Program-made: the position numbers and the translations under genes | The notes under the pieces: generated by a model | Database searches by the model: none | The model's input: the letters and a program-made list of their open reading frames with translations, nothing else | Told to the model about the DNA's origin: nothing | Assembly (NCBI GenBank): GCA_036125855.1 | Contig: JAYZTT010000017.1 | Span: 21,323-85,322, forward strand | Length of the DNA: 64,000 nt | DNA from: Planctomycetota bacterium | GTDB taxonomy: Bacteria; Planctomycetota; UBA8108; UBA1146 | Reading direction: 5' to 3' | Shown here: piece by piece, positions 34,255-43,996 of the stretch | Position numbering within the stretch: the first letter of the stretch is position 1 | Layout: each line of letters begins with the position of its first letter

Positions 34255-35286
34255 GTGCTCAGCCTCTCCACATCCCTGATCTCACTGCCTTCAGATCTCA
34301 GTTTTGAGGAACGGGTCCGGAGGATCCTTGACGGTGACATACCCGGGCTGGTGCTCGGTCAGGAGCTGGGTCGCAGGGAAATTCCGTCGTGGGTTCAAGA
34401 GGCAAGGGGGGCCGGGCACTCGATCACGGCCCTCGAGGTTCCCAGCAGCAATTCCGAAACCACAGGCTCCAGTAACCCATCCTCCTTTCCTGATCTGTTT
34501 GCCACCGATGAAAGTGAACGGCAGCTGGCAGCCGGATCGTGCCTGGAAGCGATCTCGTGCGCCCAGCAACACGAAATCAGCATCGTGATCGTATCCAACA
34601 GATCTTCCGAGAGCTGTCAGCAGAATCGACAGCAAAACATGGTGCTGGAACAATTCCAGGCTCGAAAGAACCGCATCTCCGGAGATCCAGAGGATCCAGA
34701 GAACGCCCGGTGGCTGCAAAAACTGCAGCAGCAACAACAATCGGAGCTCAACCAGCTGTGGCGGGCGAATGCACCCCATCCGAAGCGGCAGCAGCAGAAA
34801 CAGGATGCGTTACTTCGCACCCTCGATGCGGTACTGGAGGAAGCTACTCGCCGGCAGGTCAGGATCGGACTGCGGGAAACTGCTGATCTTGAAGGACTGC
34901 CGCACAGGAGTGACTACCAGCAGATTGCTCGGGAATTCGAGGGTGCGCCGCTCGGTCTTGTCGCCGATCCGGCCGCCGCCCTGGCCCTGTCTCGACTGAC
35001 CGGCAAGGAAAGCTCAGATCCTGTCCCGGACCCACAGCAACTCATCGGAGTGGTGCTCCGAGATTGTCTCGGGGCTCGAACCGATCAGGTCGTGGGAACA
35101 GGGGATCTCGATCTTGAACTTGAGTTTGGCCAGCTGGCCGCTGATTTACTTCGAATCCTCGAAGCTCCTGGCGAAACCGGGGCCGATGAGATCCAGCTGC
35201 TTGGACAATTCTGTCGCGACCGGGGAATCGATGGAGATCCGCCACCGGAACCGGGGGAACCTTTTCCCATCATCGGAGCGAAATAA
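34255..35286 (+). CDS. Hypothetical protein with Gln-rich central insert
   Basis: 343-aa ORF. QKLQQQQQSELNQL..KRQQQKQD low-complexity stretch. No family recognised. Confidence 0.5.
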   Translation: MLSLSTSLISLPSDLSFEERVRRILDGDIPGLVLGQELGRREIPSWVQEARGAGHSITALEVPSSNSETTGSSNPSSFPDLFATDESERQLAAGSCLEAISCAQQHEISIVIVSNRSSESCQQNRQQNMVLEQFQARKNRISGDPEDPENARWLQKLQQQQQSELNQLWRANAPHPKRQQQKQDALLRTLDAVLEEATRRQVRIGLRETADLEGLPHRSDYQQIAREFEGAPLGLVADPAAALALSRLTGKESSDPVPDPQQLIGVVLRDCLGARTDQVVGTGDLDLELEFGQLAADLLRILEAPGETGADEIQLLGQFCRDRGIDGDPPPEPGEPFPIIGAK

Positions 35287-35578
35287 AAATTACCAGAAAT
35301 TTACAAAGCGTCTGGCCACAGACTGGAACAGCCTGACAAGAAAAAAAAGAGACCCAACCCAGAAGGGGGAAATTAGGGGAATGTTCCGGGCCGGGTCTTC
35401 AGGAACTTGTCAGGACTCGTAAAGCAGGGAGAAACGGTACTTCGGAATGAGTTCCGCGCCGTGCGCGTGGCCTCCGACACCGGCTGAAGACATTGAATTC
35501 CGATCTCGGAATCAGAGGTCCCCTGCAATTCCTGCCTCACGAGGTTCAAGGTGTGGATTGTCCACAGGTAGTCCACGT

Positions 35579-35618
35579 TCGTCCAGTCCAAAAACGCCCT
35601 TCTGGACGAGATTTTTTT
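35579..35618 (+). terminator. Intrinsic terminator inside the 34255/35718 intergenic region
   Basis: 8-bp stem TCGTCCAG/CTGGACGA (35579-35586/35602-35609), 15-nt loop, then GA + T7 (35612-35618). Confidence 0.6.
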
Positions 35619-35717
35619 GCCTCTCCGGGCCCCGGATTGGCCCCACCTATTCTGCGCAAAACCCTGTTAAATAAACACCTATGACCTATCCTAGGGGGCT
35701 GATCCCAATTCTAGCCG

Positions 35718-36947
35718 GTGAGAGGATTCGCTTTGCCGATATCAAAAGCCCTGAGTGATTCCCTCTCGCGCTCGTCCTGGATCCGCAAGATGTTCGAGGA
35801 GGGGAACCGCCTCAAGAGCATCCATGGTGAGGACGAGGTCTTCGATTTCACCCTGGGCAATCCCCATCTTGCTCCTCCACAGCAACTGATTGATCGCCTG
35901 CGCGAATTGACCAATGGACCCCAGGAAGAGATTCATCGCTACATGCCAAATGCGGGCTGGCCCGAGGTACGCGAAAAAATTGCGGACGATTTGAAGCGCC
36001 GCAACCCGTTGCCCTGGTCTGGATCCCATATCGTGATGACGGTAGGAGCCGGTGGAGCCCTGAATATTCTCCTCAAAACACTTCTGAATCCCGGTGACGA
36101 GGTCATCATCCTCAGCCCCTACTTTGTCGAATACATCTTCTACATTCAAAATCATGGTGGAATCGTCGTCGATTGCCCGACCAATGAGAACTTTTGCCCG
36201 GAGCCAGAGGCCCTGTTGTCGAAGATCACCAACCGAACCCGAGCGGTGATCATCAACAGCCCCAATAATCCCACTGGCCGCGTCTACAACGAAGTCGAAT
36301 TGACGCAGTTCAGTGAAGGTTTGAGAGAAGCCTCCAGTCGAATTGGCCACCCGATCTATCTGATCTCGGACGAACCATACCGCAAAATCACCTACGGCAA
36401 CGTGGTCTGTCCAGAGATCGTCAACTTTTATGACGATACGGTCGTTATCACTTCTCATTCGAAAGACCTTGGCCTCGCCGGAGATCGCATTGGATACCTG
36501 GCGGTCTCTCCCAAAGCCGCAGATTGCCCTGATATCGTTGCCGGTTGCACCTTTTCCAATCGCACTCTGGGGTTCGTCAACGCTCCCAGCATCCTTCAAC
36601 TGGCCATCGCAGATTGCCAGGAGGTGACCGTCGACTGCGAGGAATACGCAAGAAACCTGCAAGTACTGAGTGCTCAGCTGGAGCAGCTAGGATTCGACTT
36701 CATCCAACCTGGCGGCGCCTTTTTCCTGTTCCCCACCGCTCCCGGAAATGACGATGTCGAGTTCGTCCAAACAGCCATGGAGGAGAAGATTCTGGTCGTC
36801 CCCGGTAGCGGATTCGGCAGAGCAGGACACTTCAGACTTTCCTTCGCGATACCAGAAGAGCTGGTGACAAAATCTCTGCCGGCCTGGGAACGGCTTGCAG
36901 AACGATGTCCAACACTGGGACGAGACGAGGAGAGGACCCTCGATTGA
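35718..36947 (+). CDS. Pyridoxal-phosphate-dependent aminotransferase, class I/II (AspC-like)
   Basis: SWIRKMFEEG..VFDFTLGNP..YMPNAG..LSPYFVEY..INSPNNPTG..SDEPY..SHSKDLGLAGDRIGY (PLP-Lys)..RLSF. GTG 35718 or TTG 35733 as start. Confidence 0.85.
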   Translation: MRGFALPISKALSDSLSRSSWIRKMFEEGNRLKSIHGEDEVFDFTLGNPHLAPPQQLIDRLRELTNGPQEEIHRYMPNAGWPEVREKIADDLKRRNPLPWSGSHIVMTVGAGGALNILLKTLLNPGDEVIILSPYFVEYIFYIQNHGGIVVDCPTNENFCPEPEALLSKITNRTRAVIINSPNNPTGRVYNEVELTQFSEGLREASSRIGHPIYLISDEPYRKITYGNVVCPEIVNFYDDTVVITSHSKDLGLAGDRIGYLAVSPKAADCPDIVAGCTFSNRTLGFVNAPSILQLAIADCQEVTVDCEEYARNLQVLSAQLEQLGFDFIQPGGAFFLFPTAPGNDDVEFVQTAMEEKILVVPGSGFGRAGHFRLSFAIPEELVTKSLPAWERLAERCPTLGRDEERTLD

Positions 36948-38245
36948 GCATCCTCTGGACGCCAGCAACTGAGGTTGACGGAAAAGCCCAGCTCGAGCAT
37001 CTACAGGAAATCCTCTCCCAGCCTCACGGATTTTTGCAGTGCTTCTCCGATGAAGCCACCCTGCAGGCAGTCGAGCAGATCGCCAGCACCATTCCTGCCG
37101 AGGACTCGATCCTGCTGCTGGGGATCGGTGGTTCAGCTCTGGGCGCTCAGGCTCTGGCGGCTGCCCTGGCTCCCGACTCCTCGGACCGCCTGAAGGTTCT
37201 CGACAACATCGATGTGGATACGGTAGAGCGAGTTCTTTCACACCTTGACCTGAGTCATACGACTGTCCTGGTGATCTCCAAATCGGGAGCCACCGCAGAG
37301 ACATCTGCACAGCTGCTCAGGATCATGTCGGCTCTGGAATCGGCGGGGGTCGATCCAGACCAGAAGATCGTCGCCATCACCGATCGGGAAAAGGGAGTGC
37401 TACGGCAGCTCGCCACAGAACGAAACTGGCGTTCTCTCGAAGTGCCCTCCGCTGTCGGCGGAAGATTCTCGGTGTTGACCGCGGTCGGCCTGCTCCCGGC
37501 AAAATTGATCGGTATCGACATCCGGGAACTGACCGGGGGTGCCGCCAGGTGCCTGGCAGATCTTGGCCAGGCCGGTGAGGATCATGGCCTGGTGCAATGG
37601 GCCAGTCACTGGGCCCAGCTCTCTTCGAGTCACCGGACGGTGGTGCTGTTCCCCTACCGCGATCGATTACGCACCTTTGGCGACTGGTTCGCCCAGCTGT
37701 GGGCGGAAAGCCTTGGAAAGCGCACCGATCTGACAGGAAATGAGGTCTGGACCGGTTCCACCCCGCTGGTCGCCCGCGGAGTGACCGATCAACATTCTCT
37801 GGTTCAACTGTTCGCGGAGGGCCCTGACGACAAGCAGTATGTATTCCTGGATGCCCCGGTTCAGGCCGCCGATCCGCTGATCTCACCGACCCTGGCAGAT
37901 CTCCATCCTGATCTCAATTACCTGGCACGAAAGAGTCTCGACCAGCTGCGCTGCGCTGAGTGGGAAGGAACCATTGCGGCACTTCGTTCGACCGGAAGAC
38001 CCGTTTCCACCCTGCAACTGGAACAACTGGACGAAGCACACCTGGGAGCCTTGATTCTGCTGTGGCAAGTGATGACGTTACTGGCAGCAAAGGTCCTGGC
38101 AGTGAATCCTTTTGATCAACCCGGTGTCGAAGCAGGCAAAGCAGTCGCTTTTGCCAAGATGGGTCGGGAAGACTGGCAGCAACAAGCAGCGGAGATCATC
38201 TCGGGAGCTTACGCACCTGGTGTCGCTCCCCCGATCGACTGCTAG
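36944..38245 (+). CDS. pgi: Glucose-6-phosphate isomerase (short bacterial/archaeal type)
   Basis: LLLGIGGSALGAQAL, VISKSGATAET, GGRFSVLTAVGL, FDQPGVE. TTG 36944 (GGAGAGG upstream, TTGA overlap with the aminotransferase stop) is preferred over ATG 36905, which would overlap by 43 nt. Confidence 0.8.
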   Translation: MSILWTPATEVDGKAQLEHLQEILSQPHGFLQCFSDEATLQAVEQIASTIPAEDSILLLGIGGSALGAQALAAALAPDSSDRLKVLDNIDVDTVERVLSHLDLSHTTVLVISKSGATAETSAQLLRIMSALESAGVDPDQKIVAITDREKGVLRQLATERNWRSLEVPSAVGGRFSVLTAVGLLPAKLIGIDIRELTGGAARCLADLGQAGEDHGLVQWASHWAQLSSSHRTVVLFPYRDRLRTFGDWFAQLWAESLGKRTDLTGNEVWTGSTPLVARGVTDQHSLVQLFAEGPDDKQYVFLDAPVQAADPLISPTLADLHPDLNYLARKSLDQLRCAEWEGTIAALRSTGRPVSTLQLEQLDEAHLGALILLWQVMTLLAAKVLAVNPFDQPGVEAGKAVAFAKMGREDWQQQAAEIISGAYAPGVAPPIDC

Positions 38246-38247
38246 AG

Positions 38248-38733
38248 TTAACTCTTCTCGGTACTCTTGCGGGCTACCAATCGAATCCGGGCATTCCATT
38301 CATCAGCAGATATCACACCCTTTTGAATCAAAAGTTCGATCAGCGACTGCTGGAGCGACGCAATTTCCTTCGTACCCGTGGTCCTGGTTTTTTTGCGGGT
38401 CACTGGAGCAGGAGTAGACTTGCTCTTCGGACTCACCACCCTGGATCGTTCCGCCTTACCAGACTTCTTGCGCTTCGGGTCGATATCAAAGGAAACCTCG
38501 CCGGTGAAGAACTCCACAGGAAGGGAAAACCGCTCTGCGATGCGCCTTACCAGTGCACCGCTTGGATGGCATTGACCATCGAGGACATCCTGAATCGTTT
38601 CGGGGAGTACCCCGACGCCCTTGGCAAGCCCGGGTACCGTTTCATGATGAGCATCGATGAGGAAACGGATCTTGCGAACCACTTCCTTCGATTCCGAGGT
38701 CAGTTCTTCGACAGTCTTGTCTGGCTTGGCCAT
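38248..38733 (-). CDS. Hypothetical HTH (XRE-like) DNA-binding protein with Lys-rich linker
   Basis: LAKGVGVLPETIQDVLDGQCHPSGALVRRIAERFSLPVEFF resembles a Cro/C1-type HTH. The central KRKKSGK...TRKKTRTTG stretch is basic. Confidence 0.55.
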   Translation of the reverse strand: MAKPDKTVEELTSESKEVVRKIRFLIDAHHETVPGLAKGVGVLPETIQDVLDGQCHPSGALVRRIAERFSLPVEFFTGEVSFDIDPKRKKSGKAERSRVVSPKSKSTPAPVTRKKTRTTGTKEIASLQQSLIELLIQKGVISADEWNARIRLVARKSTEKS

Positions 38734-38811
38734 CTATCCTCCTGGGGGGTTTCACCTGAGCAGCATCCATCTGCTCTATCGGATCCCGGGAGGCTTCTCT
38801 GAAGCTAATTA

Positions 38812-41397
38812 TTACCGATTTACCAGGAGCAGCAGGGCGTTGAGAAAAAGGTCGGCAGTACCACGCCAGAAGGACCTGAATAGCGGATCTCCAGCAAAGA
38901 GAACCACCGTACCGCGGCCGACACTCTCCTCGACCAACCACACTCCTCCCGCCAGGTTTTTCTGGTTCTGGTCCGAGATGAAGCCACTCACCACTGGATT
39001 CTCTTCGGCAAGAACTCCCACATCTCCGGGATTTCCTACCAGTTCGAAGATCCGGGTACTTGCGATGAAGCCATAGACTCTCGAAGGCTGACCGAATGCA
39101 ATCGGATGGTCTGGATCGAGCTCGACCGACACGATGTTGCCCGGCACCTGGTCCAATCGTCTCTCTTCCCGGAGATCTGCTCGGGTCCGCCTTTTCTTCT
39201 CTGTCTCCTTCTCGGGTGGATTCTTTCTCACCCTGTGCGAAACAAGATCGAGACCCCCATCTCCACACTGAAAGGCACTACTACCGAGAGCCAGCAGCAC
39301 TCCCCCACCTCGTACCCAGTCACGTAGTTGTTCTTTTTGAGGATTGCCCCAGGCGGAGCCACGAAATCCGGAGGGAATCACCAGCACATCAAAACGATCC
39401 AGCGATCCACTCAGGTCAGATCTGGAAACAGTGGTCGAGACGACGCCCAGGTCTTGCTCCAGAAAACTCCACACTGCTCCATAGGATGTACTCGATACCG
39501 AATCCGGTCCCAGCACGGCGATCCTTGCCGGTGCCAGTTCAGGGAAGGAACCGGAACCAAGATCAGGTCCTTCATCGGTCCAGCCGCTCGATACTCCACG
39601 GAAGACGGTGCCGGTCTCCCGGGCAACCCTCAGGACCGTCTCGTGAGTTTGTTCCGAGGAGATCCTCACCACCAGCGTGCCCGCTGGATAATCATGACCC
39701 TGTAACTGGATCTTCTCCGTCACCAGATCAACGGTCTCTCCTGCAGCCTGCAACGCTCGTAGTGCTCGTGCAGATGGCACACCCTCCCACGGATGGAGGT
39801 AGGCAACGCCTCCTTGCTCCTCGATCCGACCGGTCGGTAGCTCCAGATCACCAACGGGGATGAGAATCCCATCGACAGGATTGGCGGCAAGATAAGTGTC
39901 CACACCAAATGCCATCGGTAGAGACCAGGCGGCCACGTCATAAAAATACGCCTCCTCCGCCTTCGCTTCTGGTTCCAGCAGGGTGCGCGCCAACCGTCCC
40001 TGAGGTTGATCGAGCGGAACGATCACGGTGCCGGGAGGAAGCTTGAGTATTTCCATCTTCCTTCCATCGTGATGCTTCAATCCATCAACCACGATCTCAT
40101 CCATCGTCTGTACCAGCTCGATTCCCTGGGCACGTAGCAACTTCAAGAGGGAGAGACGACGATCACCGCCTCCTGGCGGAATGATGAACTGACTGATGTC
40201 TCCAGAGCGCCCCGCGAAAATGGCACCTTCACGGAAAGCATGGAAATCTTTCTGAAGTCGAATCTTGTTTCTTGCAGCACAATCAACCGTTGCCAGGCCT
40301 GCTACGTGATGATGATGGAGGCGATCTTTCAGGGTCAAGAAAGTGCCGTTTCGCTTGCGATAGATCAGACCCGCCCTACCTCCACCGGCCTGTTCGTAGG
40401 TCATTCCGATCGAACCGTTGAGAGTTGGCCAGGAGTCACCGTAAGCGGGATAGAACAGGTCGAAATGCTGGCCCGTGTAATACCGCCAGCCAAACCGATC
40501 AAATGCCCCTGCATTGGCCAGGCCAAACACCTCACTCCAATCGACACGATCTTGCGGAATGTTGGGATTGATCGGCTTCTCGGGAGGAAAGAAAAAGTAG
40601 GTGGACTCCGCAGACATCTCATGAAAATCAACATGAACCAGCGGTTGCCACAACAGGTAGTGCTCGATCCGAGCTCTGGTTTCCGGTTGGCTTTGCCAAG
40701 CCCAGTCTCGATTCAGATCGAACAGGTAATGGTTGCTTCTGCCGGAGGGGGAAGGGGGATGGTGTTCTGCCGCAGCAGGATCGGCATTGGGTGGCTGTGC
40801 CATCACCTGGTGGTACCACTGAAGATATCTCTCGCGCCCGTCTGGATTGAGCAAGGGATCGATGATGACGAGGCAATTTTCGCGAATCTGACGGATCCTC
40901 TCATCGGAACCATCGGCCAGTTGATGAATCGTGGCCAGCGCTGCCTCGGTACCGGAGGACTCATCGCCGTGCACGTTGTAGGAGAGCCAGACCACCGCTG
41001 GCAGGTCCTTCAGCAACCGGTCGATATCGAGCTGTTCTCGTTCCTGAAGACGTCGGGGATCGGCAAGTAATTGCTGAGCGGTACGGATCTCCTCGAGCCG
41101 GGCGATATTTGACTCCGTTGAGATCATCAAGAGCACCAGTTCTCGTCCCTCAGCACTGCGCCCATATTCCTGGATCTGGACCCTCGATGACAGTTTCGCG
41201 ACTTCCCGGCAGTAGGCCATCACCTCATGGTGAGGAGTGAATCGATCACCCAGCTCAGTTCCATACCATGCTCCCGGAGAAGGGATCTTCCCCTCAAAAG
41301 TGTCGCTATCACTGTAGGGAAAAGCTGGCTCACTTGCTGATAGGGGCAAGAGCCCGGTGAGTAGTGCGCACAAGACAATCAGTAATAGCTTCGGCAT
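38812..41397 (-). CDS. M14-family zinc carboxypeptidase-like protein with large C-terminal extension
   Basis: VVWLSYNVHGDESSGTEAAL (HxxE zinc site), DPLLNPDGRERY, FDLNRDW, VDFHE. AGGAGG precedes ATG 41397 (MPKLLLIVLCALL signal); the ORF is open to 41454. Confidence 0.85.
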   Translation of the reverse strand: MPKLLLIVLCALLTGLLPLSASEPAFPYSDSDTFEGKIPSPGAWYGTELGDRFTPHHEVMAYCREVAKLSSRVQIQEYGRSAEGRELVLLMISTESNIARLEEIRTAQQLLADPRRLQEREQLDIDRLLKDLPAVVWLSYNVHGDESSGTEAALATIHQLADGSDERIRQIRENCLVIIDPLLNPDGRERYLQWYHQVMAQPPNADPAAAEHHPPSPSGRSNHYLFDLNRDWAWQSQPETRARIEHYLLWQPLVHVDFHEMSAESTYFFFPPEKPINPNIPQDRVDWSEVFGLANAGAFDRFGWRYYTGQHFDLFYPAYGDSWPTLNGSIGMTYEQAGGGRAGLIYRKRNGTFLTLKDRLHHHHVAGLATVDCAARNKIRLQKDFHAFREGAIFAGRSGDISQFIIPPGGGDRRLSLLKLLRAQGIELVQTMDEIVVDGLKHHDGRKMEILKLPPGTVIVPLDQPQGRLARTLLEPEAKAEEAYFYDVAAWSLPMAFGVDTYLAANPVDGILIPVGDLELPTGRIEEQGGVAYLHPWEGVPSARALRALQAAGETVDLVTEKIQLQGHDYPAGTLVVRISSEQTHETVLRVARETGTVFRGVSSGWTDEGPDLGSGSFPELAPARIAVLGPDSVSSTSYGAVWSFLEQDLGVVSTTVSRSDLSGSLDRFDVLVIPSGFRGSAWGNPQKEQLRDWVRGGGVLLALGSSAFQCGDGGLDLVSHRVRKNPPEKETEKKRRTRADLREERRLDQVPGNIVSVELDPDHPIAFGQPSRVYGFIASTRIFELVGNPGDVGVLAEENPVVSGFISDQNQKNLAGGVWLVEESVGRGTVVLFAGDPLFRSFWRGTADLFLNALLLLVNR

Positions 41398-41519
41398 CAA
41401 ACCTCCTGGATCATCTGTCCCTGAGCAGTCATGGTGGTCTTCGATCAGTGACATTCTGCCTCCACAACGATCCCCAGGCTAGATCTCCCTGGGACAGGTT
41501 AGATAAGGGAACCGAGTTG

Positions 41520-42881
41520 ATGCAATCAAAGACTCAGGGAGAACTGGTACCGATCCTCTCCCTGGCAGCTCCCATCGTCATCACCCAGCTCGGGACCATG
41601 ATGATGGGATTGGTAGATATGTGGATGGTGGGTCGGGTCGGAACCTCTGCACTCGCTGCAGTTGCCCTCGGCGATACCTGGGCCTTCGGTACCTTGATAC
41701 TGGGCCAGGGGCTGATTCAAGGGATGGATCCCCTGGTCACCCAGGCGCACGGCGCAAAGGATCCAAAGGCACTGGGAAGGTCTCTTCAGAGGGGGCTCGT
41801 GCTGGCGATGCTGCTGGCTCCTGTTCTGACCATCAGCTGGCAGGTAGCCGAGCCGATCCTGGTAAATCTGGGCCAGAATCCAGATCTCTGCTCGGTAGCG
41901 GAGGTCTACATCCAGGCGCAGCTATTCAGCATCCCTGCTCTGCTCGGATTCCTGGTCCTTCGCCAGTATCTGCAAGGGAGAGGATTCGTCAAACCGGCTT
42001 TATGGACCGTCTTCATCGCGAACTTTTTCAACGTCCTGTTCAATGAACTGTTCATCTTCGGTGGATACGGTATCCCCGCAATGGGAGTCGAGGGTGCGGG
42101 CTACGCTACCGGTGCCAGTCGCTGGTTGATGCTCTTGCTACTGATCATCTTCATGATGCGAGGAAAACACCTCAAAGACGGCTGGGTTCCCTGGAGCCTG
42201 CGCAGTTTTTCACTTCGAGCGATGGGAGCCTTGATCCTGCTTGGACTTCCCATTGCGATTCATTTCGGAGTTGAGGTCTGGACTTTTCAAGCCGCTACCT
42301 TGATGGCCGGAATGATCGGTGAAATCGAACTGGCAGCTCATATCGTGGTGCTCAAAATCATCTCCTTCACTTTCATGTTTCCATGGGGCATCAGCGGAGC
42401 AGCAACGACCAGGGTTGGGAACTTGCTCGGCGAAGGCGATGTCCCTCAGGCGCGAATCGCTGCAAAAACATCCATCGGCCTCGGAGCAGTGGTGATGACG
42501 CTGGCAGGGATCATGATCCTGACCCTGGGCGAGAAGTTGCCTGCCATCTTCACCTCCGATGTCGCGGTGCTCGCCAGTGCAGTGGCTCTCCTGCCAATGG
42601 CTGCTGGATTTCAGATATTTGACGGGATCCAGGCGGTGTCGGCAGGAGTACTTCGTGGTGCAGGAAAAACGGTTCCCGCAGCCGCGATCGGCATCATCGG
42701 TTTTCCAATGCTGACTCTTCCCCTGGCTTACCATTTGACCTTCGAAAGTGAATGGGGATTGCCGGGAATCTGGTGGGCTTACCTGATCGGCCTGGTGGTC
42801 ACCGCGGTGCTACTGTCGGGGTGGTTCCTGTTGACATCGAAGAACTGGAAACCGATGCAAAGAAGGATCGGTGGCGATTGA
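41520..42881 (+). CDS. MATE-family efflux transporter
   Basis: LSLAAPIVITQLGTMMMGLVDMWMVGRVG..ALAAVALG, a 12-TM profile, and two-fold internal repeat character. ATG 41520 is preferred. Confidence 0.85.
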   Translation: MQSKTQGELVPILSLAAPIVITQLGTMMMGLVDMWMVGRVGTSALAAVALGDTWAFGTLILGQGLIQGMDPLVTQAHGAKDPKALGRSLQRGLVLAMLLAPVLTISWQVAEPILVNLGQNPDLCSVAEVYIQAQLFSIPALLGFLVLRQYLQGRGFVKPALWTVFIANFFNVLFNELFIFGGYGIPAMGVEGAGYATGASRWLMLLLLIIFMMRGKHLKDGWVPWSLRSFSLRAMGALILLGLPIAIHFGVEVWTFQAATLMAGMIGEIELAAHIVVLKIISFTFMFPWGISGAATTRVGNLLGEGDVPQARIAAKTSIGLGAVVMTLAGIMILTLGEKLPAIFTSDVAVLASAVALLPMAAGFQIFDGIQAVSAGVLRGAGKTVPAAAIGIIGFPMLTLPLAYHLTFESEWGLPGIWWAYLIGLVVTAVLLSGWFLLTSKNWKPMQRRIGGD

Positions 42882-42900
42882 CGCACTTGATGGAGTTCGT

Positions 42901-43938
42901 CTAGCTACCACTGGCCAGTAGATAGTGATATCCACCCCGGGCCGACTGGACCGTCAGAATCACTCCCTGCGGTTTCTTCTCGAGCCGAACCTGAAGTCCC
43001 GAAATCGCGGCTCCCACCTCACCCAGTGGCAACAGAACCTCTGCCCCGTCCACCCCATCGAGAGTGGCCAGCTTGGTATCGAGGGCTGCACGCTGCTGTA
43101 GAGCTCGATCGATCCTCTTGCGCAAGGTTTCCTCTTCACCCGGTTCTGAAACTGCCCCGCCCTCGATGCGCCTGAGTCTCATCTGAGATCTCCTCAGGGA
43201 TCGTAGCAATTCTTCCCGGGCAGCCGCCGTTCTCTCGCGGGACGGATCCTCCAGTCGCAACTGCGGTTGCTCATCGGACTCGGAGGTGAACACCAGACGC
43301 CGCAACGGCTCATCCCCTTTCCGATTTTCGATCACTCCGAGAACGCAATATACCGGCACCGAGAACTGGTCAGGAAATTGATAGGTGTTCAGGACCCAGT
43401 GTTCCAGCTCCTGTCTTTCCAGTGGCACCGGAATGCCGGTACAGGAGAGAAGCAAAACCCCCCATCTCAACTGGAAAAGGAGTTGGCTCTCCTTCCCCTG
43501 CTCGACGGTGGCCAGGGTGGCGAGGATTCGCTCTCCCGGCCGGTCGAGGATTCCCCGCCTGACCGCAATTCTCATCGGGGGGCCACCCGCGAGGGACTGA
43601 ACCAGAAAGGACACATTCAGTCGTCGTCCCACTTCGATGGAGATGGAGTGTTTGCCGGGAGGAATCAGGGTGTTGTGCCAGATCACAGGTAATGGGGCCT
43701 TCAGGATCAAACCGCCAGGCAATTCGTAAACCCCTGCACGGGAGAGATCAGGTAGAGCCGGAACCACTGCAGGAGCATCGGGAAGTTGAACAGAAAACTC
43801 GATGTCACCGGTCGATGTTCTTGAGATCTGACCCGCGGGAGCAGCAGACCACTGCCCCGGTAACGAGTGCCCCATCAGTAAAGCGACGAGAAGTGCGCAG
43901 CAGTTGAATGCCTCGGAGATGCGAAAAACCCGAATCAT
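42901..43938 (-). CDS. Hypothetical secreted protein with Arg/Glu-rich helical C-terminal part
   Basis: Signal-like MIRVFRISEAFNCCALLVALLMGHSLPGQ. No recognised family. The ORF is open to 44058. Confidence 0.5.
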   Translation of the reverse strand: MIRVFRISEAFNCCALLVALLMGHSLPGQWSAAPAGQISRTSTGDIEFSVQLPDAPAVVPALPDLSRAGVYELPGGLILKAPLPVIWHNTLIPPGKHSISIEVGRRLNVSFLVQSLAGGPPMRIAVRRGILDRPGERILATLATVEQGKESQLLFQLRWGVLLLSCTGIPVPLERQELEHWVLNTYQFPDQFSVPVYCVLGVIENRKGDEPLRRLVFTSESDEQPQLRLEDPSRERTAAAREELLRSLRRSQMRLRRIEGGAVSEPGEEETLRKRIDRALQQRAALDTKLATLDGVDGAEVLLPLGEVGAAISGLQVRLEKKPQGVILTVQSARGGYHYLLASGS

Positions 43939-43996
43939 CCTGTTCCTGAGGAAGAGGATGATTCGGGCCCAATGCAGCCTGGAAGAACGAACTGTC

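Noticed and set aside
35408-35432. GUCAGGACUCGUAAAGCAGGGAG looks superficially like the SRP RNA helix 8 core (GUCAGG...GNRA...AGCAG).
   Set aside because: The nucleotides flanking the GUAA loop cannot pair, and the spacing differs from the conserved symmetric loop. I could find no complementary 5'/3' closing helix of 4.5S type.
35694-35740. GGGGGCTGATCCC...GGATTCGC resembles the 5' end of tmRNA (GGGGCUGAUUCUGGAUUCGAC).
   Set aside because: It overlaps the start of a well-supported aminotransferase CDS. There is no tag-peptide reading frame, pseudoknot region or tRNA-like 3' end (TCCACCA) downstream.
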